DNA of 64,000 nucleotides from Orbicella franksi (Eukaryota): NCBI GenBank assembly GCA_964199315.1, contig OZ116709.1, positions 19,034,001 to 19,098,000 of the forward strand, read 5' to 3'. Shown piece by piece: positions 48,710 to 60,930 of this stretch (position 1 is its first letter; each line of letters starts with the position of its first letter). The notes under the pieces were generated by a model. It saw only the letters and a program-made list of their open reading frames with translations, ran no database searches and was not told where the DNA came from. The position numbers and the translations under genes were made by a program.

Positions 48710-51700
48710 CTAGCACAAAGAAATGTCAAAACGTGTAACACTCTTTTTTAAAACTTTGAAAAAGGCACCTGGACCCCAATCCTCATCAAAGACCCAATCC
48801 TGTTTTCGACCCTTGCCTCGGCCTTTACCCTTGCCCTTACCATTGCGTCGTCCACCCCCAACTAGTTTTCCAGGCTTGTCAGTCACGAGGCCAGCCAGTA
48901 TCAAATTGTGGGCGTTGACTTTGTCGTTCATCTTGGATATACAAGCCGGTGAGAATCGCTCTCCAAACGCTACAGAATCGCAGTGAAATTGCTCAAAGAA
49001 CTGCCGGACATCTTCTATGTCTTTGGGGATCTCCCTCTTTCCTTGCTTTCGGTAGCCCATCCACACTTTCGCCGCGTGTTCAGGATTTGAGAAGTCGTCT
49101 GCATCGAACTCCACCAATCCGGCTGTTTTTTCGGTTGGGAGGCGTGCCCTGATAAATTTCATTGCACTGAACATTCTCCACATGTACTTGCTACTCTTTA
49201 GTAAGCACACCTCCAGAGGACTCTCCTCACAGTGGTGATACTCTTTATTAGCCTCTCCCCAGTTTTCAATCATGGACACCCACAGGTCTTTAGTTGACAG
49301 CGACTCTACTGACTCCACCTTCATCTGTGTCGCTCCCACAATATGACGTATGGCGCCACGGGTGTGATAAGCCTCTGCCGCGTAGATCAGGGCCTTGGCG
49401 AGATCACTTTGCGGGGACAAATGCAAAATGATACGTTAGCTTACAGATACTACCGGAACAAACCGATCATTCGCCACTGAAAAAGAAGTCCACTAGTGAT
49501 GAACAGTCAACTTTAAAGGAGTTCAGTCACGGAATTTTGCTTACCCACAAAATTACCTTTAAATTGACGGAAACCTGAAAATAGTATTTAACTAAGATAG
49601 AAAAACACGAAAGAGATAATAATTAACCATAAAGGAACAAGGATGGTTACGGATAAAGAAGATTAACACGGATTACAAACGACGAACTTCTGTCTTCAAA
49701 AATTTAAACTAAACTTTTCGCGATACGCAAACTACGAGGAAGCTCCTTTAATAGTTTAAGAACGTCTCGGATTTTGGGCTGAGACATGAAGAGGGTCCAA
49801 TCTCTTTCCCAGAGCCTGCCGAAGAAGGTCAAGATTGGCCTGAACGGGATTTGAGGGTGAAATTAAAATTAAAAGATATACAAGGCGAGAAAACAATTAA
49901 CTAAAGACATGATATCTAGAGTGACATGTACATTTTCCCATAAAGCGCCGTTTAACTGAGTAACACTTTCGTTCATCTCGCAAAAACTCTGTTGTCTCAA
50001 CATTGTTCAATTGGCTTTTCTCATTGTCTTCCACAACAAATGGATCACGGGAAATTATAGTTCTCGCCCAAAACTTCTTTTATGAAAGGATTCGTTATAC
50101 TGTAAGCCATCGATGTTCTTATAAACAAAAACTATAGGTATATAATTACCGAGAAAGGCTGGGTTATATCCGCCCTTTTCCGACATCCCTTTGACCTACT
50201 TCGCGTACTCCTTATTATGGGCTGTTCTTAACGCTTCCTGGGAGTTCAGCAGGCCTCCAAGTTTCATTGGTGCTTTAGCATTCATTTTCTTGAAGGTGTC
50301 CAGCCAAAAGTCCAGCTTACCCTTGGATTTCTTGGCATTTTTCGTAGCCATCTTGGCTCCAACCTCCATCTCTTGAAAGAAATTCTCGTTGTACTTGAAA
50401 ACCTTGTAGTAAGCACTGGCCAACTCCTGCATTTTATAGTACGTCGTTTTTTCGTTGTACTCTACACCACTGGAAAAGCCAGTTGGAAAGCCGGCAAACA
50501 AAAATGGCATGGCGTATTCAAGTGTGAAAGCGTAGACACTGGTGTCAAACACAATCTCCGACGGTTTCCCAAATCCGTCGGCATCTTGAAAATAGTTGTT
50601 GAACTTCTCTACCAGATAACCAGCATCTTTTCCAATCAGCCCCACATCGTAGTCCGAGGTACAAGAGGCACCCCCATAAGGTTTAGGATAACACACGGAA
50701 TCAGGGATCTTTGTGTCTTTGTCAGCATTTCTCTCACAAGGAACAAGCTTTCCGCAGCTTTGTGTGTAAAGAACGTGTGTCACCAACAGGTATCTGGCGG
50801 CTGCGATGTAGAGAAGTTTAAGGCAGCCCTCCTTTGAGCGGAATGCGGAGTTGTTTTTTGTAGTGTCCCAGTCGCTGTGCTTTTCAAAGAAGCTCTTAAC
50901 TCGATTTGCCGTGCTGACAAACTCATCAGTCCCGAGATGTTCTTTGAAATCAGGTTGCTTGATCCACGCGTCCATTGCGGGGTCTTTTTCAAATCCGTAG
51001 CGGTCCACAATGTTATCTTTCATCCAGACAATTTCTTCGTCATCTGGAGGGGTCACTCTGGTATGAGGCGAGAAATCTCAAAAAAAAAGTAAAGATAAAG
51101 TTCGAATTCGTTGTAAATAAAGCACTCCGGGGGATTATCGTTGTTAACCAACATGGTATATAGGACAGGGGGTGGGGATGGCGAGCTAACTCCCGATAGC
51201 CGTCACGTTGGTCAACAATTTGCGATGCACGGTAGCTATGTGGTCTATCAGGAGCAGAACAGGCAGCCAAGACGAAAATTCTCGGAGAAGCAGCTTACCC
51301 TAACAGCCTAACATTCCATCATGTTGGAAAGTTAGATTATAGGGAATGTTCACTCTGTATTCTGACGTGTTAGTAACACAAGCAAACCCATATTTGAGTG
51401 TTTTGTTTTACAATGCCTTGAAATGTGAAAAGATCTGAATAAACTTCATCACTATACATAGAATAGGATTTGAATCTTCAAAGCTTCATATCCGTGCTTG
51501 GATTCTAAGAGGGAAACCAATACGGCAGCTATCGTGAGGAAGGCGTCTCATATCTTTTTTGAAGACGTTTTTTAAATCTAATAGGCTACTTTCAATTCAA
51601 ATTAAATTTCTTGACCGAGAGGCCTAGAAGACTCACAAAAGTAATGATTGCACTGGCTCCCTCATTGGCTCCCTCCCTCCCTCCCTCCCTCCCTCCCTCC

Positions 51701-52131
51701 CTCATTGGCCATAATATTTATGCCGTAAGCAGTAATCATATTATCATCTCGGTGAACTGATCAAAATAAATTAATACATACGCCTCATCAAGTAGGTTTC
51801 CTTCAAGAGGTTCGACGAAGTAATCTGGGTTGTCGTTCACCTGGGCCACATCGTTGTAGACTGATATCGGGTACAGCTCGCCGCGAACCTGACATTAACA
51901 CCAGACACTGATATAAATGCTTTGATTTAAGATACTTTCATAACAGATTCGATGTGTTATTTCATCATCCGTACATCATATCTTCCAACTTAGACCTATG
52001 CAATTCGTTTTACCTGAGAAAACACTGATGCTCTGCTATCACAAAATATGAAAAAAATTTACAAAGAAAATTGGAAATCTTACCACTCCGCCATGAACCA
52101 ACATGAAAGCCAAAAAACTCGCCAAAATCAT
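48710..52131 (-). pseudogene. Copy 3: full-length but disabled paralog
   Basis: Exons 52131-52084, 51888-51782, 51076-50150, ~49407-48710. Lesions: +1 frameshift near 51048 (FLASYQSDPSR-stop), in-frame TAG at 50198-50196, and exon-4 acceptor CAAG changed to CAAAG, moving the AG out of frame. Confidence 0.85.
49517..49747. mobile_element. TTAA-flanked MITE family (AGGAGCTCAGTCACG) in introns
   Basis: TTAA-AGGAG...GCTCCT-TTAA. Related copies at ~8830-9060, ~11715-11930, ~37447-37690 and 40167-40356; shared intronic positions indicate insertion before duplication. Confidence 0.65.
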
Positions 52132-53588
52132 TTTTCAAGAATCTGTAAATGCAAATGAAAGTTGTGATTAGTCAAGAAGAATTTAGACGGCGAAACTGGA
52201 AATGATGTTTTTAGTGAGAGGTGAAGTCCATCGGGGTTTAGTTGCAAACAAAGAGAAGAAAGAGAACATGACAGTGGAACCTGGTTAATGGGAACGCCAA
52301 AGGGACACGCTAAGTGTCCGCATTATCCGGGTGTCCGTATTAAGGGGGTTCTCAGAACTGAAAAGCGTCACAGACGTGTGTCCACACTAAGGCTAAAGAA
52401 TACAATTTTTAAACAACAGAATGATGTTCAATGCTTTGTCTGCAATTTAAGCTCAAACGCAAAAAACGTTACGTTTTTTCCAATAATTACTCGGCTAGCA
52501 CTCAAAGGTGATGTTCTCTAGTCAGTTGTAAACGTGGATAACTTAATTTTAATGAAAAAGCATTAACCAATATGAAGCTTTCATTTTATAATTGGATACA
52601 AATAGCATATGGTCGTAACAAATGAACACATACAGCGACCTACAGTGGACATAACCAGTTGTTAAACAATAAAAATGCAAGCCAGAATGCATTCGAATTA
52701 TTTATGTATTCTTTATTAAATAATTAAGGGAAAACCTGTTTTTTGGCGCAGGAAGTATAAATTATTGGAGCAGCCATAATATAATCGTGAGATATTTCAG
52801 GATATTTCCTATTTCGATGCTGATCAAATTATCCTTTCTCCTTATATTGTGTTATCAACTGATATACTCTAGAAGAAAAACTTGAGTTCATTCATATTTC
52901 ATTGAGCACCATCATTTGCCGAATAGTTGGTTAAAATCTAACTAGAAAACCTTTAGTCACTGTGTTTAGCGTAGTGAGCAGCGTAGCACTGTGCCCTTGT
53001 TAACAAAAATACGGCCGCTTCTTGGCGTTTTCAAAGTGTCTGTGAAGAGCACTTTCATGTTGAGTTGTCCACGTTCAACCAATATCGAGTTAAGGTTAGA
53101 CTAAAGTTGTGTTCTCTTGTGTACTATGCTCTATACTCGTCTTGCTTATTTTAGTACATTGATCTGAACTCTGAGTGGGATGTGAAATGCAGATAAACTT
53201 GGTAAAAAAATTCCCAAATACTTGATTTTGATAAGCTTAAATGATTTTTACCCTGTCTTTTGTTTACACTTTTGCTTTCTGATTGAAAAGATAACAAAGG
53301 TAAAGAAATCCCCTATAAGCTTGTTGGAACACGTATTTATAGGTCGACAGATTTTTTGGATCAACACTGAAAATGTTTGCAAATAAGGCGACTTATTTTG
53401 ATGTATGTTACGTGCAATATATATAGAGACAAGCGGTTAAGAAGTGCTGTCTCATAAGAAACCTTACTTATAGCCTTGAGTGAAATGCAATGAAAAAGGT
53501 CTGTACGCTCGTACGACTTGAATACATGCAAATTTTCCCAGCAGGCAGACAAACATCAAGATCAAGATCTGTATGTGTGAGTGTGTGT

Positions 53589-53619
<31 letters not shown>

Positions 53620-54884
53620 GGAGGTGGAGAGAGAGTACTCTATGGCTTTTTGTTGGCAAGAGTGTTCTCTGACTGTGACCCAAGAACCCGTAGCCTTTAC
53701 CACTCCATGTTCAGCTGTAATTTTACCACCCTAGCTATTCTGGACGTATGTCTTTTTAATGTGTGTGCGACAAAAGTCTATACGCTTTGTGAGATAAGTA
53801 TGACCTTGCGTGGTACAAACCTGGCTTGTTTTAACAGCATTTAATAATACACCAATAATTGCAAGTCCACCAACATATTTCATCTCCAGATTACTTAATC
53901 CACGAGTTTGGCCATAGCTCTCCTTTGATTTTTTTAACCACCCAGCATGTTACGGACGGGGTAATACGTTTAAAATAGATAGATAAGTGCACTGAGTTCG
54001 GATTAATGTAATCATAAGAGATATTTCTGTGGATGATATTTCCTTTAATAAGACAATTTACAGTCCGCTTCATCAAGAAAAGATTTATTTGTGACGACTC
54101 ACGTTTACAGTCAGATAGCCTAGCCGCGATAACCGAAGAAAATAGATTAGGTAGGTAGGTAAAACTTTATTTATGCAGGGTGGCCCATTCAGCACAGTGG
54201 CTGGTATCCAGAGGGGCCCTGCTAAATACAATTTCTAAAAATATAAAACGTCTAATAGTATAAAATAGTTATAAAAATAGAGTTAAAAAAAAAACTAACG
54301 TCTAGTAGTTGAAATAGTTATATAAAAAGAGTTTAACGAAGAGATTAGACGATAACTCCGGATGTACTGCTTTACTGGCAATAAAAAAGGAAGTATATAC
54401 AAGAACATGGTTGAGATAGGATGAGGACATGTCCAAAAGAACACTTTAAGCAGAGACCACCTCAATTGTTAATGTATAGATTGATTTTTAGCTTCGTCGG
54501 GGCCGCATTACCAATTCAGAATTATTTCATTAAAAATTTAATCATTTCTTACTTCAAGCTGGGAAAGCCTCATCGAGGGGTGGTTATCAGTGGCTGGTTG
54601 GTTGGGTTCGATGATTTTCAAAGAAATCTCCGTTTTGCGTCCAGACTCGCTGGAAGAGTTGTTTTGTTTTGTAGACTCTAATAAAGAGCCAATTCATGAT
54701 TATTCCTGGAGGGTATTCTACACATTGAAGACATATTTACATATATCAGTAAAGCGGCACTGATTTTCGAAGTTATGACCTGAATCCATTTTCTTCGGTT
54801 ATCGAGGCTAAGCTATCTGACTTTAAACGTGAATTGTCACTATCAATCGCATTGAGGAGCAGTCAGTATTTGTATTGAACGAAG

Positions 54885-57591
54885 GTGGTTGTCTGTGAGA
54901 GAAATGCTGACAACAAATTAGTGATCCCTGATTCTGTGTGCTTTCCTGAACCTTTTGGGGGTGCCTCTTGTACCTCAGGCTACGATGTTTCACTCGCTGG
55001 AAAAGATGCTGGTTATGTGACAGAGAAATTCAACAACTATTTTCAAAGTACCGACGGATTTGGGAAACCGTCAGAGATTGTGTTTGACACCAATGTCAAC
55101 GCTTTCACCCTTCAATACGCCATGCCATTTTTGTTTGCCGACCTTCCAACTGGCTTTTCCAGTGGTGTGGAGAACAACGAACAAAAGACGTACTATAAAA
55201 TGCAGGAGTTGGCCTGTGCTTACTACAAGGTTTTCAAGTACAGCGAGGAGTTCTTTCACGAGATGGAGGTTGGAACCAAGATGGCTATGAAAGATGCCAA
55301 GAAATCCAAGGGTGAGCTGGAAGTTTGGCTGGACACCTTCAAGAAAATGAATGCTTAAGTACCACTGAAACTTGGAGGCCTGCTGAACACCCGGGAAGGG
55401 TTAAGAACAGCCCACAATAAGAAGTACGCGAAGTAGGTCAAAGGGTTGTTAGAGAAGGGCGGATATAACGCAGACCTGCTCGGTAATTACTTACCTTTAA
55501 CTTCATTTACCGTAAATCCTCGAATTAGTGCCCGGGGCGCTTATTTCAAATTTAGGGGAAGACGGGGGCGCTTAATCCAGGGGGGGGGGGGGGAAGGGGG
55601 CGCCTATTTAATTTTTTTTCCAAATCTTGGCCTGACATGATCATTGTTTTAATACATCAGCTGCGCGTAAACAAAAGCATAAGCTGTTTATCGACATAAA
55701 AAGCTGATCCTAAAGTTTAAATCGCGGCACCGTTGGTACTTGTAATCTTTTTCCAAACTTAACGAGTTCACAAACTAAAACAATGTACAAATCTAATACT
55801 GCGCGGAAAAAACTACGCATCCTTTGTTGTCTGATTACTCGTCCACAATAGAGGGGGAGGGGAGGGGGCGGTTATTCGACGGGGGGCACTTATTTTGAAT
55901 TTTGGCGGATTGGAGGAGCGCTTAATCGAAAGGGGCGTTTATTCAAGGATTTAAGGTAGTTCATTTCTCTTTTATATGTATATCTTGTTTGTGTAATTAT
56001 CCGATGAAATTGTCTCCAAACGTTTTTCACGTAGTATTAGCCTTACAGTCTATTGTTTGTCTTCATACATTTTTTGACTGATCAGATCTCTTGTAGATCC
56101 TACGTTGGCAGCGTTTATCGTGTGAGGTCCCTTGCAGTTTCTAGTTTCTCTCTCTTTTTTTTAATTTTAATTCATAAATTTTTAGTGTTTTATTTTCAAT
56201 GTTTAATTTTGTTTTTCACTCCTCTCTCTGTATTTTCGGAAGAGCTTTTCATTCGACTAGATGAAAGGGGTTAGTTCTGGATGAGAATTCTGCAATCTCA
56301 GCTATAGACCCTATTCATAAATGGCTGTTAATTAAAAATTCTTTAGTAAGTATTAAAATTAGCCCAACTAATCTCGTTTTGAGTTGATATAATTCAAAAG
56401 AATTTTTACTCTCAAATAAAGTTAGCTGGGCTAATTTAAATGCATATAACAGAATTTTAAATTAACAGCCATTTATGAATAGGGTTTATTAGCTGTCTCA
56501 GCTATCATTTTAAATTGCAGCTATTTCTCAGCTTTCAGTAAATATGGTAGATCATAGATCTCTGTCATAAAGCGCAGCCATCCAGACTCCTGATTCAGAG
56601 ACTGATCCAGACCGAACTTGACCCTCTTCGGTCATCGCTGACCGAAAAAGTGCAGGCTCTGGGAACGAAATTGAACGTTTACTTCTCAGCCCAAAAACTA
56701 GTTTGTGAACAGGCTCTCTAGTCGCGGATGGGAGGAAAGAAAGAAAGAAAGGAGAAGAGAGACTCTCACCCCATCCTCCCTTCGGCCACAGCACTCTTAG
56801 CCAGTCCCTCCTCGGCCCTTCCAGCCGAGGTCAGACCCTTTTAGCCGGAGCCTGTTCTTAAACGTGACTGTTTATGACCAGCGGACCTCGATTTCAGTGA
56901 AACATGACTGATCAGTTTGCTCCGGTAGCATCTGTAACAGTAAGCTAAGCTATCATTTTGTATGTCTCCGCAAGGTGATCTCGCCAAGGCGGATGTCTAC
57001 GCGGCAGAAGCGCTTCACACCCGTGGCGCCTTACGCCATGTTGTGGGAGTCACACAAATGAAGAAAGTACTGGTAGAGTTGCTGTCCACTGAAGACCTGT
57101 GGGTGTCCATGATTGAAAACTGGGGTGAGGCTAATAAAGACTATCACCACTGTGAGGAGAGCCCTCTGGAGGTATGCTTACTGAAAAGTAGCAAGTACAT
57201 GTGGAGAATGTTCAATGCCATGCGATTGATCTGGGAACGCCTTCCACGCAAAGAAAGAGACGGATTGGTGCAGTTCCGTGGAGAGGGATTCTCAAATCCT
57301 GAATACGTGGCGAAAGTGTGGATGAGCTACAGAAAGCAAGCGAAGGCCGAGATTCCCAAAAACATACGCCATGTCTGGCAGTTTTTTAAGCAATTCCAGT
57401 GCAAAGATGTAGCTTTTGGAAAGCCATTCTCACCGGCTTGTATATCGAAGATGAATGACAAAGTCAACGCCTACAATTTGAAACTGGCTGGCTTCGTGAC
57501 TGACAAGCCTGGAAAACTGATTGCAGGTAGACGGGGCAAAGGCCGGGCTCGGGCTCGGCATTGGCTTCCGGGTGCATTTTTTAAGTTTTAA
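54885..57591 (+). pseudogene. Copy 4: inverted, 5'-truncated paralog (partial exon 3 plus exon 4)
   Basis: Starts mid exon 3 (VVCERNAD); no signal-peptide exon or exon 2 upstream. SDYD changed to SGYD (54978-54980), TAA at 55356-55358, TAG at 55434-55436. Donor after 55482; exon 4 at 56975-57591 is open. Confidence 0.85.
55510..55956. mobile_element. Tc1/mariner-pogo-like MITE in intron 3 of copy 4
   Basis: TA-CCGTAAATCCTCGAAT ... ATTCAAGGATTTAAGG-TA. Confidence 0.7.
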
Positions 57592-58270
57592 AAAAGAGTT
57601 TTTGCACTTTTTGACATTTATTTGTGGTAGCAAACGTTTTCCCGTAACCATGGCTGAGGGCGAGGGGGGACGGGAACTCGCATATAAGAAGGACTGGGCT
57701 TCTCGTCGGAAAGTTTGAAAAGAACCGCTAAGAGGTACCAATTCTAAAATAACACATTTACTGACACTTCATAATTTTAACAGCGATAAATACGATTGTT
57801 TCTAATACCTTCTACACGCAAAGTTGATTGTCGAATATCTCCTGTCATATTTTCTTCGGCGTAATACCATAAAAGGTACCGCGAAAGCTTCCGCTGTTGG
57901 TCTTAATAATAATAGTAATAATAATAATTGTCGCGGCTAATCGCCGTCGCAAAGTACAACAACGACGCAGCTCAACAAGGTCGAACCGAAAGCATACATT
58001 GGCGCCTCTGGCAGCCGCTATACGGTCCATGTGTGACCTTGGAGCACAGCTTACAGCCAGCTGGAATCAGCTGTATGTTGGCGTTTGAGGCTGAAGGCCC
58101 TAAGAGGTACCAAAACCGCTTCTTTTAGCCCCTGAAAGGTACGACGAGCACCCCCGTTCTTTTTGTATGGGAGTCCCCCGTCCCGGGCTTGAATACGGGA
58201 GTGCTAGAAGGCATCTAAAAGCTTTGAGTATAAATCTACTAGCGTTCTATTACGCATGCCGTTCTCTGAT

Positions 58271-58418
58271 TAGCCTCTTCCAGGCGATCAGTTAGTTGGG
58301 ACGCAGCGCGAAAAACAGCGCGCGAAAAAAGGAAGTGAAAGAGGGGAAGTCGCGGCGCTTTTTTTTTTTTAATTTTTTCGCGCTGCGCCCCAACTAACTG
58401 AACGTCTGGAAGAGGCTA
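58271..58418. mobile_element. MITE with ~45-bp TIR and 9-bp TSD
   Basis: TAGCCTCTTCCAG / CTGGAAGAGGCTA; TTCTCTGAT duplicated at 58262-58270 and 58419-58427. Confidence 0.8.
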
Positions 58419-60121
58419 TTCTCTGATCGGCTACACTTCTCACTATTTATTCTGTTGTAGATAATGAGTAGCATAGCGTTGTGCGGTTTTTGACAAACTG
58501 ACGGTCGCTTCCTTGTGTTTTCGAGGTGTCTGTGAAGAGGATTTAGATAAAGTTTTGAACGACTAGTAGATTTATACTAAAACAATTAGATTATTCACTC
58601 TCGATTTCTATGCGTGATACTTTTGACGAGGGCGCACTATCATGCGATAGAAATCGAGAGCGAATGATCTAATTGTTTTTAAACTATTAGATTAAAATAC
58701 CGTTCTACCCTTTTATGCCCCGCAGCCAACAAAGTGGGCAAATATCGTATAACTATTTCTCACGCTTAGTGATTCCAAGAGTGTAGTTGGGTGTTTAACA
58801 TAAAGCCCATACAGTCACAGTAAACTCGTATTTTCTTACCTTTTGGGGATTCCTCTCTCGACTGGCAAAGAAACAGTATTAGTTACTTCAGTTCTAGACC
58901 AAAGCCAGGCATAAGATGTGAAAGTTGCACCTGTTAAGTTGATGCTGTTATCACTGTAAAAATACAATTCGAAGCAACCGCGCTTTTTCGTTTGAGGAAC
59001 AACTAAGATCTGGGAACAAGTGCGCCTAACCACGTGCTCGCTGAACGCGGAATCGGGAAAACCCGAAAAAAGGGAATCTTTAAATGTTCTCTTTCTGATA
59101 AGAATGACAAACGCCAAACGTTTTTAAACCACTGCAAGTGATGACTCTGCACTCGTGCTTCAATATAGCTTAACTTGGTTTATTGTGCTTTTCTGGTCTA
59201 CAATTGAGAAGCTATAGTGTGGTTGTTTCTGAGTACTTCTCCAAAAAAATGAACTGCTTGGCTTCCTGGCTGTCGCTTTTTTTTTCTTCAGCCATTTTTT
59301 GGCGTCATCATGCATCTTTTTCTCTCCCAAAGAAAGTTTGCATGGTAACACAGAGAAATGTTGGCTGAAAACACTCGGAAGTTTTGGCGCATTCCATTTG
59401 ACAAATATGATCGGATTTTAATTTCCAGAAATTTCAAGCCGCCAATGAAACAGAATCTTCCGGTTGACTGAACTGGACGAGTCAATGATGGCATGCTGAG
59501 GATTTTGCAAAAGGAAACAATCATGCATGGTGTACCCTAATTTTCGAAAATTTCTGCCTTAAACTTTTCATTCCATTTTTATTTTGTTCTTAAATTTTGT
59601 AGAAATTTTGGTTAAATGGTTCACATATCTGCATTCAACAGAATTCAAGTTTCCTGAAGACTTTCTCAAGGCATTCGCTATCCTTTTACTTTTATTTCCA
59701 AGTCACCTTGGAGTTTTGGTCAAATAGAAAGCTGCCCTTATATATTGCTATTGCTTGGTAATTTTGATTTGATTGGCAAGGCTATAATCAGCATATAAAC
59801 ACTAATAAAACATAGGTTTGTAGTTTTTGTTTCTAGTTATAATGGGTAAATAGAAGTTGGAAAATGGCACTCAGTCTATCAATTTAGGTTGTGGAAATCA
59901 CTCATGAGTCAAAATTTAACTTGGGACTTACGATTAGATAGTCTTAGACTGGGTTAAGGAAGGAGGGAATTTTACTTCTCTCCCTCTATATCTTAATTAA
60001 TATATATGCACCAGCAAAGTTATGAAATCAGATTAAAGTCATTTTTATTCCAATTCTTGATGTACAATGTAGTAATAAATTGGTTGTTCGAAAGTTTGTC
60101 AAGTTCCTATTAATAGCAGAG

Positions 60122-60930
60122 CAGTGGCGGATCCAGACTTTGAGCTAAGGGGGGTGGGGGGGGGGGGGCGGCGTTTTTTTTTACTTGCCCTGCCGGCTTC
60201 ACTCATGTCCAATGCACCCGATCCGTAACGGGTCGTAAAAGGGGTGACGGTTCGCGACGGATCGTGACGGTTCGCCGGGTCGTTACGACCCGAAACGAAT
60301 CGTCACCGACTGTCTCGACCGTCACACCGGAAGTCATGTCGCGAAAAGGGATAGCGGAAATAAGCAGGGGAATGAAGTGTGTGAATATTCCTCGTTCTAA
60401 AAAAATGCGGCCACAAACATTCGCACAAGTGTAAAGAACGACGCGCGCTAATGATGAGTCTCTCGCGAACCGATAAACGGTCTCACTGCACAAACGGTGA
60501 CGGGTCGTCGCGATCCGTCCCGATCGGGACGATCCGCCGACATTTTCACCTCCCTCCATAATACCGCCATAAAAATTATCTAAGTCTCTCGCGAACGGAC
60601 AAACCGTCACGAATCGTCACCATCAATCACGGGTCGTCGCGATCCGTCCCGATCGACAATTTCACCCCCTTCATAGTACAAACATGATTTTATCTAAGTC
60701 CCTCGCGACCTGGCAAACGGTCAAGGGCTGTTACCATCCGTCCCGAACGTGATGATCCGCCGACATGTCGCAAACTGACAAACGGTGACGGGCCGTCACG
60801 ACCCGTCACGGATCGTCACCAGTTTGGCGACCCTTTACGGATCGGGTGTATTGAACAACCCTCGCCGGCTTTTCTTCCTTCAGTCATTTCTTCTTTTTTC
60901 ACCCAAAATAAGGCGATAGATCCGCCACTG
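60122..60930. mobile_element. MITE (CAGTGGCGGATC family) carrying a nested CpG-rich element at ~60200-60863
   Basis: Outer TIR CAGTGGCGGATC / GATCCGCCACTG with CAGAG duplicated on both sides. Inner element has an imperfect ~26-bp TIR and GCCGGCTT duplicated at 60192-60199 and 60864-60871. Confidence 0.75.

Noticed and set aside
60203-60610. 135-aa minus-strand ORF
   Set aside because: Arises from GC-rich repetitive element sequence that is poor in stop codons; no domain features.
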